Assembly (NCBI GenBank): GCA_965215125.1
Contig: OZ244052.1
Coordinates: forward strand, 1,600,001-1,664,000
Length of the DNA stretch: 64,000 bases
Direction of reading: 5' to 3'
From: an uncultured candidatus Porisulfidus sp.
Lineage (GTDB): Bacteria; Pseudomonadota; Gammaproteobacteria; Poriferisulfidales; Oxydemutatoraceae
In this document: piece by piece, positions 50,201 to 60,615 of the stretch
Layout: every line of letters begins with the position of its first letter
How positions within the stretch are numbered: the stretch's first letter is position 1
Notes under the pieces: generated by a model
The model's database searches: none
Told to the model about the DNA's origin: nothing
Seen by the model: only the letters and a program-made list of their open reading frames with translations
Translations under genes and position numbers: made by a program

Positions 50201-53200
50201 ACACCGCCGCACGGCGGTAGTGCGGTATTGAGGTTGTCATCACACACCGGTGCTATAGAAATGTCGGTCGGCGAAGTATATCTTAGTATTGGGTATTGCG
50301 TTGAGCTACCGAAATCCCAATCGGCAATACGCCAATTTGTATAGATGCCGGTTGCAGCATTTTCATTAGTCGGGCTTTGTAATTCAGTGCGGGTTTTGGC
50401 TTCAATATTGGTAGTAATACCACTATTAACCGTGCTGTCCCAATAGCTAGACTCGATCATGTCGGTTGTCCCGGTAGCGACCAACCCCCCGACTGTGCCA
50501 TCGCCCCCGTCAATAAGCCCGTATGCATAACTATTCCTTATCAAGCCTGCGTTATCGGCTACTAAACCGCCGGCACGATTCCGTATGCTGTCCTCCGTAC
50601 AGTCCCCGGATCTGTTTACGCTACCCGCCGCATAGCTATTGACGATGTCACTCCCACTGCCGTTCTCGGCAACCAAGCCACCTACATCGCAAGCCCCGCT
50701 GACATTACCTGCCGCATAGCTGTTTCTAATCTTGCCGTGGTTGTTGCCGACCAAACCAGCCGATAATAACGCACCAGTGGACATTACCATTACATCTGCA
50801 TAGCTGTTGACAATCACGCTGGTCGCAGAACTATGATTAAACGCAACCAATCCACCGACGCTGTGTTGTGATCCCTTAACTTCTCCTTGCGCATAGCTAT
50901 TGGTAATAACACCTTCGTTTTGCGCAACCAAGCTACCTACAGAGCCTCTGCCTTCAATCTCAACATCCAATATGCCGATGTTTTCTATCCTCGCCTCCAC
51001 CGACGATGCTGCAAATAATCCGATATATGCATCATCAACCGTATCTCTATTGATCTGCAAATTAAAAATGTTGTTATTGTTGCCGTTGAATGTGCCGGCA
51101 AACGGGGCAGCTACGGTTGCTATAGGCAACCAGCCGGTATCCGTATCATCATCTACCGTCCACTCGCTTTTATTTGATGTCGCATCCACATAGCTATCGT
51201 CAGCATTAAAATCCAAGTCTCTTAATAATTCGTAGCCGGTGCATGTATCGGCAGGACAACCCAAGACGATTTTATCTACGGTGATATTGTCCGACCCGGG
51301 ATTTATTCTATAACCGCTACCGTCCGCTTGATAGCGTAGCACATCTAAATCTTCCAAATAACGAATGTCTATCAAGCCGTCGTCGTCGCCGTCCACGTCT
51401 ATAGGAAACGGACCTAGCGTATATTCTTTGTTATATCCTTGTCCGTCGGTATGATTCACCACCACGCGGTAGCGGATGGTACTAGGAGGAGTGCCCGACA
51501 CCGTGTAGCGATTGGTAGCGGAAAGATCTGTCCAGCTATTATGACCTTCGTCTCGGCTTTGCCATTGATATGTAAATGTCCCTATACCGTCCGGATCGTC
51601 TGCGTTAGAAGTGATGCTTAATAAAGTAGGACTGACGGTCAATTCCAGTTGTGGTTCGCCGTTGTCGACTTTGTTAACGGTTAGCACAAGTTCGGCGGAG
51701 GCTATATCGAAACCGTCGTCAACCGTTATCGTGTAGACGATGCTTTGCATCGTCTCACCGACATCTACAAAAGTATCGGGTACCGTGGCAGAGGCAGTTG
51801 CATTTGTGCCTTGTCCTTGATCCAGCACCGTGTCTCCCTGTTGCAGCGAATATTCATAGTTCCCGCTACCGTTGTCGAACATGGCTCTAAACATAATATC
51901 GTCCCCCTCGCTAACGGTAGCAGTAGCGGGTATAGTGCCGAAGGATACAACCTCGACCGGAGTCTGAGGTCCTCTTATCAGATTAAAATTATATGTCACC
52001 CCCTCTGCCATAACTCTCAATGTCTCGTTTATACCCGCTTGCAATGGGATAAGATTACTTAAATCGCCGCTATTCTTTTCGGAGAAATAGTCGGTGTTTT
52101 CTCCTGATTTGACAATTGAAATCGTTGCGGTGTTGTGGATAGAATAGGGTCTTAGTTGAATCCGGGTGGTGGCATGCGAAATGTTTATATCGTAGTCAAA
52201 TACCAACGGCGAAAAAGGCCGGTTTCGGAATACTCTGGTGTTATCTTGCTGTTCGCCGCCCCATACGAAAAATAAAATGCTCAAACCCTGATTGCGAATA
52301 GCTTGACCGGATAACAGCGCACCGCAAGGCGGTAGTGGTGTTTCGGGATTTACATCACAGGCAGGGTTGTTGCTGTCGTTGCCTTCGGCATAGCGCAGTG
52401 CAGCATAAGTTCGCGTGCTACCGAAATCCCAATCGGTGGTACTCCAATTTGCATAGATGCCGGTTGCGGCATCTGCATTGGTCGGCGTTTGCAATTCAAC
52501 GGTCGTCTGAGCGGTGCCGCCTCCCGGAGAATTCACTTGCCCACTCGTATCGGTATCCCAGTAGTTAGCGGTTATCGGTGGCGGGTCATCGACTCTATCG
52601 CCGATTAGGCCGCCGATGTTATTATCATCTGAATCGGCTGTTACCTCGACGATTGAATAGCTGTTTGTAACGCTCGAATTCTCGCCTACCAATACAGCGA
52701 GCAGCCCCCCTACGCTTCGGCGATTTTCATCATCGTCGGCAGTGATATGCACAGAACCCATCGCATAACTACTGCTAATAGTCCCTTGATTATTCTCGCC
52801 CGCTAATCCACCGGCTTCCCTTAATCCTCTAACCCTAGCATTCGCATAGCTATTGATAATTCTACCACCGTTGATGCCACAGATACCACCGACCCAACGA
52901 GAACCTAACACAGTGCCACGCGCATAACTGTTGATGATTAACCCATTTGACTCGTTGCGGCCGACTAAAAGACCGGCATTATTTGCTGCTCCCTCGACAC
53001 GGCTCTCAATCACATGGGCATTGATTAGATTACCTTCGTTGCGACCGACTAGCCCGCCGACCCTGGTATTACCTTCTACTTCTATTTCTCGCAAACCGAG
53101 ATTGCGAATGGTTCCGGTATTGCCGGCAAACATGCCGATATCGTTAGTACCGTCTCTATTGATTTGCAGATTGGAAATGCTATATCCGTTGCCTTCCAAA

Positions 53201-53619
53201 ACGGCAGTAAAGTTTCCTAGCGGTAACCAACCTGGTTTCGTAGTATCGGTAAAATCATCGTCGCTAAGCACCCAGTCATTGTCGACTACACCCGATACAT
53301 AACTTTGTGCGTTTGAGAAGTCTAAATCTCTTACCAATTCATAGCCGTTGCAACCGTCCGTAGGACAGCCTGTGCTCAGTGTTGCAGTCTCACGCTGTAG
53401 ACTCGTGCCGTCAAGACTATGCCGTATCGCATCCACATCTTCCAAATAACACAGCTCTATCAAACCGTCGTCATCGTCGTCTATGTCTACGGGGGTGTCG
53501 GGATCGTTATCGATTTCGGCGGCACAATCATCGATACTTTCGTTTTGTGCGAAGACCGGTTGCACAATAAACAAACCTAAAAATATTAAAAAACTGTATT
53601 TACTAAAATCTATATTCAT
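44266..53619 (-). CDS. Giant secreted modular surface protein 2 (3117 aa; 4 GLUG modules plus beta-sandwich domains)
   Basis: Near-identical signal peptide and the same module grammar as protein 1; ends EIRIRTRVFLEGPLQ. Confidence 0.9.
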   Translation of the reverse strand: MNIDFSKYSFLIFLGLFIVQPVFAQNESIDDCAAEIDNDPDTPVDIDDDDDGLIELCYLEDVDAIRHSLDGTSLQRETATLSTGCPTDGCNGYELVRDLDFSNAQSYVSGVVDNDWVLSDDDFTDTTKPGWLPLGNFTAVLEGNGYSISNLQINRDGTNDIGMFAGNTGTIRNLGLREIEVEGNTRVGGLVGRNEGNLINAHVIESRVEGAANNAGLLVGRNESNGLIINSYARGTVLGSRWVGGICGINGGRIINSYANARVRGLREAGGLAGENNQGTISSSYAMGSVHITADDDENRRSVGGLLAVLVGENSSVTNSYSIVEVTADSDDNNIGGLIGDRVDDPPPITANYWDTDTSGQVNSPGGGTAQTTVELQTPTNADAATGIYANWSTTDWDFGSTRTYAALRYAEGNDSNNPACDVNPETPLPPCGALLSGQAIRNQGLSILFFVWGGEQQDNTRVFRNRPFSPLVFDYDINISHATTRIQLRPYSIHNTATISIVKSGENTDYFSEKNSGDLSNLIPLQAGINETLRVMAEGVTYNFNLIRGPQTPVEVVSFGTIPATATVSEGDDIMFRAMFDNGSGNYEYSLQQGDTVLDQGQGTNATASATVPDTFVDVGETMQSIVYTITVDDGFDIASAELVLTVNKVDNGEPQLELTVSPTLLSITSNADDPDGIGTFTYQWQSRDEGHNSWTDLSATNRYTVSGTPPSTIRYRVVVNHTDGQGYNKEYTLGPFPIDVDGDDDGLIDIRYLEDLDVLRYQADGSGYRINPGSDNITVDKIVLGCPADTCTGYELLRDLDFNADDSYVDATSNKSEWTVDDDTDTGWLPIATVAAPFAGTFNGNNNNIFNLQINRDTVDDAYIGLFAASSVEARIENIGILDVEIEGRGSVGSLVAQNEGVITNSYAQGEVKGSQHSVGGLVAFNHSSATSVIVNSYADVMVMSTGALLSAGLVGNNHGKIRNSYAAGNVSGACDVGGLVAENGSGSDIVNSYAAGSVNRSGDCTEDSIRNRAGGLVADNAGLIRNSYAYGLIDGGDGTVGGLVATGTTDMIESSYWDSTVNSGITTNIEAKTRTELQSPTNENAATGIYTNWRIADWDFGSSTQYPILRYTSPTDISIAPVCDDNLNTALPPCGGVLLAQAEKGLSNLLFFVNSNPETANKPFSPSIFSGYTINVVNKTMIELLPYSINPQGASISILKIGDSTDYFMGKRSGELSMPIPIAEGVSTLTIVVGNDPTDTNPVTYSVTVNNPISAIEITSIIGADTVDEGDPVNLTATITGGDINTYRYRWTSDPETLLAGETVTNANLSFNAPIRFVPRDDTDRDVVIKLIVGDGSVETSARKTLTIRKVDSGEPSFTVTVTVSMISIEAIVEGSDPDGDGTIDSYAWQRRGAGDTDWTTIPGETSATYIIPTQDTSDSLYRAQVVSIDGRKNRFTSVVGPYRNRTDIDDDDDGLIDIYYLEDLHAVRYQPDGSGYRASGGATKSTAGCMLVEGTETCSGYELRRDLDFTIAENYINAITNRAMWTVDNFDTDGDNGWQPIGSITNNDCSDPSSRCFAGIFEGNGHSISNLQINRDSTTNAESQDIGLFTGNTGTIRNLGLLLIKIEGYQRVGGLVGRDWGNLINVHVHEGNIVGENNAIGLLVGRNESSGLIINSYVRGTVSSGGRFVGGIGGVTLGRIINSYAISEVSGAGNAGGLVGDIQGSVVNSYAMGSANLTANAGNNRNVGGLASALWVGGRNPSITNSYSTVEVTATNPTGNNLGGLIARKFEDLPVDYSYWDTDTSGQVNSPGGGIAQTKAELQTPTNDNATMGIYTNWSNADWDFGSTQTYAALRHAEGDDSNNPACDLDPETPLPPCGALLSGQAIRNQGLSILFLVINGEQQDNARVFFDQFFSSVVLDYDINIPHGTARIQLRPYSIHNTATISIVKSGENTDYFSEKNSGDLSNPIPLQTGINEKLRIIADGVTYNFNLRVPRTLVEVVSFGTIPPTATVSEGDDIMLEAVFGNGSGDYEYSLQQGNTVLDQGQGTTATVTATVPDTFVEAGETTQNIVYTITVDDGFDIASAELMLTVAKADNGQPSFTETVTSSSISIAVVPGSDADGDGTIDSYTWQRRGAGDTEWTTIAGQTSAMFSIPTQDNGDTLYRVQVMSTDAQRNDFTSLLGPYRNRIDIDDDDDGLIDIYYLEDLDAVRHQTDGSGYGPTDITRGCPSEGCGGYELRRDLDFTSTPSYVNMATNRAMWTVDNFGIAGDTGWNPIGSVAGNNCSDPSSRCFAGVFEGNGHNISNLHINRDGTNEIGMFAGNSNTGTIRNLGLREIEVEGNNRVGGLVGRNEGNLINVYVDQGSVEGEANNAGLLAGVSVSNGLIINGYVHGTVLGSRWVGGICGVNRGTIINSYANTRARGLREVGGLAAENLGTIRNSYAMGSAHITSIDDENRRSVGGLLAVWAGTNAIIANSYSTVTVTADSSANNIGGLIGGIDPNNRPVPANLTASYWDTDTSEQMASPEGGIAQMTAALQMPTNDNAATGIYASWSTDDWNFGNTKQYPALLYNEVDGVDACDADVATPLPRCGSLLPGQREMPVGDNTTPTIILTPSVAQTLPLNSTARIVVLVTDNDFEGGDSVTLTAESSSRTIVSVTPKQIDNITTDTSITFTLTAEQSGEAVITFTATDSKNISTNTKIVVRTNTPPQVSSVPTSVVATVGEAFRLETGSFFSDADNDALTYSIVVDPDNLSYNFSTTGTLTFTPTNAEASTNTTGFTVTVSAADDTGGTAQAIFALLIDAQPTGSVMISRNSTNQWQLEGDPTGISDANGIARRTYRWYRNNSIIGGATGNSYTIPGNGRTAGTRYRLDVTIVDNIGQSATVQSDAITIDNIAPIIRGITITVDPPSPPLEEGDEVTITADATDENNDSLTYSWRVTSGHDGINVSSINARQVSFTLPDYLIKSSTLTQQTLALQLVVRDTAAEAVSTMVSVVVNKKDNGQANIGTLRRDNDNERVLTLTGLVLTGDPDGGGLSSTVAYQWQRCWGSDGTDCSDANNWVNISGAIGNSYTIPASLSGHTIAEGDLFRIGVTYTDMQGYERTVYSGSRDISRSTEIRIRTRVFLEGPLQ

Positions 53620-53777
53620 ACATTTTCACAAAGGGGAAAATGCAAACCGTAAGTAATCTTGCTACGTTGCATAGTTTGGACAAATTCATAGTTATATCTT
53701 TTGATTATATATAATCTGACTATTTATACAATAACTTATACGGCCCTGTAAGCCCCAAATAGTAATGTGAGCTGTCG
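53620..53777 (-). promoter_or_regulatory. Conserved upstream region of giant gene 2
   Basis: Homologous to 44028-44260; minus-strand TATAAT at 53709-53704 and TTGTAT at 53731-53726. Confidence 0.6.
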
Positions 53778-53780
53778 ATA

Positions 53781-53907
53781 GTAGAACCGCCGATTGAGCT
53801 AGTAGGTCAATCGGCGTAACGTTGTGCAGAACTTTAACATATTGGTGACGCATATATTACAAAATGTAAAAGCCATCGTTTGTTGCAACGGCAACAAACG
53901 GCGGTTA
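53781..53907. repeat. Inverted doublet of REP-A hairpins (REPIN-like)
   Basis: GTAG-AAC-CGCCGATTG...CAATCGGCG (53781-53816) on +; variant CGCCGTTTG...CAAACGATG on - (53903-53874) abutting the gene 3 stop. Confidence 0.8.
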
Positions 53908-56900
53908 TTGAAGAGGACCCTCTAAAAATACTCTGGTGCGTATTCTAACCTCGGTGCTACGAGAAACACCGCGGCTATCGGAATACACAGTCCTCTCATA
54001 ACCCTGCATGTCGGTATATGTTACACCGATGCGAAATAAATCTCCTTCCGTTATCGTATGCCCTGATAGGCTGGCCGGGATCGTATAGGAGTTGCCAATC
54101 GCACCGGAAATGTTCACCCAATTATTTGCATCCGAACAATCGGTTCCGTCGCTACCCCAGCATCGTTGCCATTGATATGCCACAGTACTGCTTAACCCGC
54201 CTCCGTCCGGATCATCCGTTAAGGTCAAACCCGTCAGGGTTAATATCCGTTCGTTATCGTTATCTCTGCGAAGTGTCCCTATATTTGCTTGGCCGTTATC
54301 TTTCTTATTCACCACCACCGATACCATTGTAGATACGGCTTCGGCGGCGGTGTCGCGCACGACCAACTGCAATGCTAGGGTCTGTTGCGTAAGGGTGCTA
54401 CTCTTTATCAAATAGTCGGGTAGGGTAAAACTGACTTGCCGAGCATTTATGGATGATACGTTTATTCCGTCATGCCCACTGGTCACGCGCCAGCTATAAG
54501 TCAAGCTATCGTTATTTTCATCGGTCGCATCGGCAGTTATGGTGACTTCATCACCCTCTTCCAGCGGTGGTGGGGGTGGGTCAACGGTAATTGTAATGCC
54601 ACGAATGATCGGTGCGATGTTGTCGATCGTAATCGCATCGGATTGAACGGTCGCCGATTGTCCTATGTTGTCCACAATCGTCACATCTAATCTATAGCGT
54701 GTGCCTGCAGTTCGTCCGTTGCCGGGTATTGTATAGCTATTGCCGGTTGCGCCACCTATTATGCTATTGTTTCTATACCACCGATATGTTCTCCGTGCGA
54801 TGCCGTTGTCATCCGAAATCCCTGTTGGGTCTCCTTCCAGTTGCCATTGATTAGTGCTGTTTCGGCTTATCATCACGCTACCGGTCGGCTGCGCATCTAT
54901 CAAAAGTGCGAAGATTGCCTGTGCCGTGCCACCGGTGTCGTCGGCTGCCGATACGGTCACGGTAAAACCTGTGGTGTTGGTGCTTGCCTCTGCGTTTGTG
55001 GGTGTGAATGTCAATGTGCCGGTGGTACTGAAGTTATAACTTAAGCTATCCGGGTCTACTACGATACTGTATGTCAGTGCATCGTTGTCGGCATCGCTAA
55101 AGAAGCTGCCGGTCTCTAATCTAAATGCTTCTCCTACCGTTGCCACGACCGATGTCGGCACAGACGACACTTGCGGTGGTGTATTGGTTCGCACCACAAT
55201 TTTCGTATTAGTGCTGATATTCTTACTATCGGTTGCGGTAAATGTAATCACCGCCTCTCCGCTTTGCTCGGCGGTTAGCGTGAAGGTGATACTCGTATCG
55301 GTCGTTATATTGTCGATTTGTTTCGGTGTCACCGACACGATCGTTCGGCTCGATGATTCCGCCGTCAATGTGACACTATCACCCCCATCAAAACCATTAT
55401 CAGCTATCGAGACGACGATACGCGCCGTGCTATTGAGCGGTAGCGTCTGCGCTACTGAGGGTGTTAGTGTAATCGTCGGCGTGGTGTTTTCCCCGACCGG
55501 TGTCGCCCGCTGACCGGGCAACAAGCTACCGCAACGCGGCAACGGTGTTGCCGCATCGGCATCGCAGGCATCAATACCGTCAACTTCGTTATATAGCAGT
55601 GCCGGATATTGCTCGGTGGTGCCGAAATCCCAATCGGCACTATTCCATTGGTAATACACATCAATCGGTGCGGTTCCGGGTGCAGTCGGCGTTTGCAATT
55701 CAAGCATCGTTTGAGGTGTGCCACCTCCCGGAGAAGCCGTTCGCCCACTCGTATCGGTGTCCCAGTAGCTCTCGGTTATCAGTGGGTCGGATATGTTCGT
55801 ATTGCCGATTAGACCGCCGACATTATTTCGAGTTAAGTTGCCTGTCACTGCGACGGTCGAATAGCTGTTTGTAACCCTCGGATTAGGGCTTGAGTCACTG
55901 GCTCTCCATAATACAGCGAGCAGGCCCCCTACGCTGCGGCGATTGGCACTGTCGTTAGCGGTTATATGCGCAGAACCCATCGCATAACTATTGCGAATAG
56001 TCCCGTGTTGATTCTCAGCTGCCAAACCACTGACTTCCCTTTCGCCACTAGCCATGACCTCGGCATAGCTATTGATAATTCTGCCGAAGTTTAGACCACA
56101 GATGCCACCAACCCAACGAGAACCCACCACAGTGCCACGCACATAACTGTTGATAATTAACGCACTCGGCCGGCTTACACCGACTAAAAGACCGGCATTG
56201 TTCGCTGCGCCTTCAACACGGCTTTCAATCACATGGGCATTGATTAGATTACCCTCGTTGCGACCGACCAGCCCACCGACCCTAGTATTACCTTCTACTT
56301 CTATGTCTCGCAACCCGAGATTGCGAATGGTGCCGGTATTGCTATTGCCGGCAAACATGCCGATCTCGTTAGTGCCGTCTCTATTGATTTGCAGATTGGA
56401 AATGCGATAGCCGTTGCCTTCAAAAACACCGGCGAAGCAATCACTACCCGAAGTGCCACAATTACTGTTAGGAGTATTAGCAACAGAACCGATAGGCTCC
56501 CAACCGCTATCGCCGGCGGTGGCAAAATTATCCACTGTCCACGCCGCTCTATTCATTGCTACATTGACATAGCTCGGGGTGCTTGCAAAATCCAAGTCTC
56601 TACGCAGCTCATAACCCATACAGGTCTCGCTACCGCCGACCAACCGGCAACCTCGGGTGATATCGGTTGTCCCATAGCCACTACCGTCGGTTTGATGACG
56701 CACCGCATCCAAGTCTTCCAAGTAGTAGATATCTATCAAACCGTCGTCGTCATCGTCTATATCGGTTCTATTTCTATACGGACCTAATAGACTATTAAAA
56801 CCGTTCCCTTGCGCATCGGTAGACATCACCCGCACACGATACAGGGTGTCACTGTTGTCTTGTGGCGAGATTCTAAACGTCGCCGATGTCTGATCGTCTA

Positions 56901-59465
56901 TCGTCGTCCATTCGGTATCATCGGCACTGCGGCGTTGCCAAGTATAACTATCGATCGTGCCGTCGCCGTCGGCATCGCTTCCCGGCACGACGGCAATGCT
57001 TATTGACGACGAGGTCACCGTCTCGGTAAAGCTCGGTTGACCGTTGTCGGCTTTGGCAATGGTCACTGTCCGGGTCGCACTACTACTCGTAAAACCATCT
57101 CCGACGGTCAGTGTGATTTCCACATCCCGACCGGCATCGGCACGAGATACAAAATTGGTAGGCACTTCAAAACTTAAAGTTTCAGCGGTTCGGTTTTGCT
57201 CAGCTAGAAAAGCTGCCGGATCCGAAGTCCACTGATGCATATAACCTGCAATTGCCCCTCCCACAACCGTTGCACTTAGATTAATGGTATCCCCTTCGGA
57301 CACCCGGTCGGGCGAAATGAGTATCCCTTCTACTACGACCCGATTTACAGTGTTAGTGACGGTAATGCTATAAGTGACCGAACCGGTATCGTCGGGGTCG
57401 GTCCCGACGACGATTTCTAGAGTAGATACTCCCTCCGGAAGCGGGATCGGCAGGCTACGCTCACCACTACGCTTGCCCATAAAATAAGGAGTTGGATCTC
57501 CTACTCTGCCGATTGCAATAGACTCGCCTAGCGGATTGATGCCATACGGCAATAACTCAATCGTGTTTATATTCTCTACATTGACCGCATAGCTTAAGAC
57601 CGAAAGCGAAAAAGGCGGATCCGGTGCCACCGCAGCATCGCCGACAAAAAAGAGTAGGTTGCTCAATCCGCTCTGTGCCTGAGCCAGCAATACACTGCCA
57701 CACGGCGGTAGTGCGGTATCAAGGTCGTCATCGCATACCGCTGCGATAGCAATGTCGGTCGGCGAGGTGTATCTTAACAGCGGATATTGCATTGCGGTGC
57801 CGAAATCCCAATCGTCGCTACTCCAGCCGGCATAGATGTCCCTTGCCGACTGTGGTGCCCGCAATTCATCGGTCGTCATCGCCCTAGAATCGTTAGTAAT
57901 AGCATTATTCACCGTACTATCCCAATAGCTCAAATCAATCGTGCCGCTTGCCCCCACAGCAACCAAACCACCTGCCGTGCCACCACCTGCCGAGATAAGT
58001 CCGCGCACATAACTATTCCTTATCAAGCCTGCGTTATCGGCAACTAAACCGCCGGCACGGGTGCGGGTGCCGGCATCGCGACAGCTTCCCGACCTGCTTA
58101 CCATACCCGCAGCATAGCTGTTGACGATTTCACCTCCGCTGCCGTTCTCGGCAACCAAACCACCTACATCGCAAGCACCGCCGACATCACCTGCCGCATA
58201 GCTGTTTCTTATCGTGCCGGCGTTGTTGCCGACCAAACCACCCGATAATAACGCAGCGGCGGACATTACCCTCACATTCGCATAGCTGTTGATAATCACG
58301 CCGGTCGCATCATTAAATGCAACCAAACCACCGACGTGGTGTTGTGATCCTTCAACTTCCCCTTGTGCATAGCTATTGGCGATAGTGCCCTTATTTTGTG
58401 CAACCAAACTACCTACAGAACCTCTGCCTTCAATAGCAACATCCAATATGCCGACATTCTCCAGCCTCGCCTCCGACGACAGTGCCGCAAACAATCCGAT
58501 AAATGCATCATCAACCGTATCTCTATTGATCTGCAAATTAGAAATGTTGTTATTGTTGCCGTTGAATAGACTCGTGAACGGGGTAGCGGTAGTCGCTATA
58601 GGCAACCAACCGGTATCGGTAGTAACCGCCGGATCATCCACCATCCAGTTATCTCTGTTTGACATCACATCCACATAGCTTTGGGTGGTCGTGAAATCCA
58701 AATCTCTCCGCAACTCGTAGCCTTTACATCCGCTATCAGGGCAACCCAGAGTGATTTTGCTGTCTATGGCTGCCAAACCATAACCGCTACCGTCCGGTTG
58801 GTTGCGGATCGCATCCAAGTCCTCCAGATAATAAACATCTATCAAGCCGTCGTCGTCGCCATCTACATCTATAGGAAACGGACCTATCCGATAGGTATTG
58901 CGGTATCCCTGCCCGTCGGTATGATTTACGATGACACGATAGCGGATCGTACTTGCAGAATTGCTCGGTGGCATATAGGGATTACTGTCGGAAACATTTG
59001 TCCAATCACTATCATTTTCGTTACGGCTTTGCCATTGATATCTGAATGTTCCGACACCGTCCGGGTCGTCCGCAACGAAAGTGATGCGCAATTCGGTCGG
59101 GCTGACATTGAGTTCTAGTTGCTGCGCACCGTTGTCCTCTTTGCTAACGGTCAGCGTAAGTGCTGTAGATGTTGTGTCAAAGCCATCGTTAACCGTTATC
59201 GTATAGACGATACTTTGTGTCGTCCGATCGGTTGCCACAAAGTTGTCGGGTGCGGTGACATCGATAGTCGCAGCCGTGCCTTGCCCTTGCGCAAGCACCG
59301 TGCCTTGTTGTTGTAGCGAGTATCGGTAGTCTCCGCTACCGTTGCGAAATACCGCTTGAAACCTAATATCGTCGCCCTCGTTAACAGTGGCAATAGAAGG
59401 TGTCGTGCTGAGGGAGACAATCTCAACCGGAGATTGTGATCCTCTGATGAGATTAAAATTATATG

Positions 59466-60512
59466 TCAATCCATTGTACGATGCCATGACATATTGGACA
59501 AATGGGGACAAAAGGAAGCAAGCTGTTGTGCCGGTGTTTTATAGGCTAGACTTTGGTGCGGTCTCCTGAAGTTATACCGCCCGAGATACTCAAATAATAC
59601 GTCGTTAAATTGTGCTAAATCGGTCACTAAAATATCCTCATGATGTGCTACAAACTCCTCCTGAATGGTACGGTTAAATCTCTCGTCTATGGCATTCATT
59701 TTCGGGCAACGAGGATAAGTATAACAGTGTTTAATGTTGTGTCGTTGTAGATAAGCCTCGAAGTCGCCGGCAAACTCGCTCCCGTTGTCGGTCAGTACTT
59801 GAGAGAGGTTGCCGGGGAATACCGTGTCCACCAATCTTGCGAATGTCGCAGCATTTTTACTGTGGGCGCGTCGGCAGGTAATGGCAACGGCAAAACGGCT
59901 GTAGTGGTCAATCGCAGTGAACAGATAATAGCGTGTTCGATTAACGAAATAATGGATAGTATCCATAGCCACGCAGTGTCCGGGAAATTGCGCTTTGGCA
60001 TCTTTGCTGAGACGGTTGCGTGGTTGAGAAGTCTTGCATTTGTGTTTTCTTTTAGAGAGTTTAGGGGGCGAACAGCGCATGTTGTCGGATGCATCGGCAA
60101 TCAACCGTGCAATGGTGCGCGGCTTCGGACACTGCAGTTCGCGTGCATCACACCACGGCTTTAAGAAGTAATAAATCTTCGGCGCACCCATATTCGGATA
60201 GCTGTGTCGCAGTCGCCTAATCTCATCGCTGATGTGAGTAGACCAATTACGGCGACGATGCTGCCGAGGTGCTTTACTTGCGTCTCGCAAAGCGGATACA
60301 CCGCCCTCGTCAAAGCACTTTTTCCAGCGGTATAGGGTGGAACGGCTCACCCCGACAAAGTCTTGGGTTGCGTTTAAGCCGTGTTTGTTCCAAAATTCTA
60401 ATGCATTAAGTTTTTGTTTGGCATCTGTTGCCATCATAGCCTCCGTTTTGTTGGAAAAAGAGGCTATTTTATAAAAACCTGTAATGCGGTAGCCGATGTG
60501 CTGGTTTTGCAT
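59466..60512 (-). CDS. DDE transposase (rve/integrase core, IS481-like)
   Basis: HTH GVSRSTLYRW; DDE motifs VAMDT, LTDNGSEF, NAIDERFNRT, YNFRRPHQSL; stop codon lies in flanking host DNA. Confidence 0.92.
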   Translation of the reverse strand: MQNQHIGYRITGFYKIASFSNKTEAMMATDAKQKLNALEFWNKHGLNATQDFVGVSRSTLYRWKKCFDEGGVSALRDASKAPRQHRRRNWSTHISDEIRRLRHSYPNMGAPKIYYFLKPWCDARELQCPKPRTIARLIADASDNMRCSPPKLSKRKHKCKTSQPRNRLSKDAKAQFPGHCVAMDTIHYFVNRTRYYLFTAIDHYSRFAVAITCRRAHSKNAATFARLVDTVFPGNLSQVLTDNGSEFAGDFEAYLQRHNIKHCYTYPRCPKMNAIDERFNRTIQEEFVAHHEDILVTDLAQFNDVLFEYLGRYNFRRPHQSLAYKTPAQQLASFCPHLSNMSWHRTMD

Positions 60513-60615
60513 GTCGGCTACTTTGATTTAAGAGGTATTTTTCCACTAGGAAAAGTACTTTTCCTAGTGGAAAGATTAGGTTCTAAAGAGTCCAATATGT
60601 ATCTGGCATTGTACA
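59475..60615 (-). mobile_element. IS481-family insertion sequence (1141 bp)
   Basis: TGT...ACA termini; TIRs TGTACGATGCCATGACATATTGGAC and (reverse complement) TGTACAATGCCAGATACATATTGGAC; 5-bp TSD TCCAT (59470-59474, 60616-60620). Confidence 0.92.
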
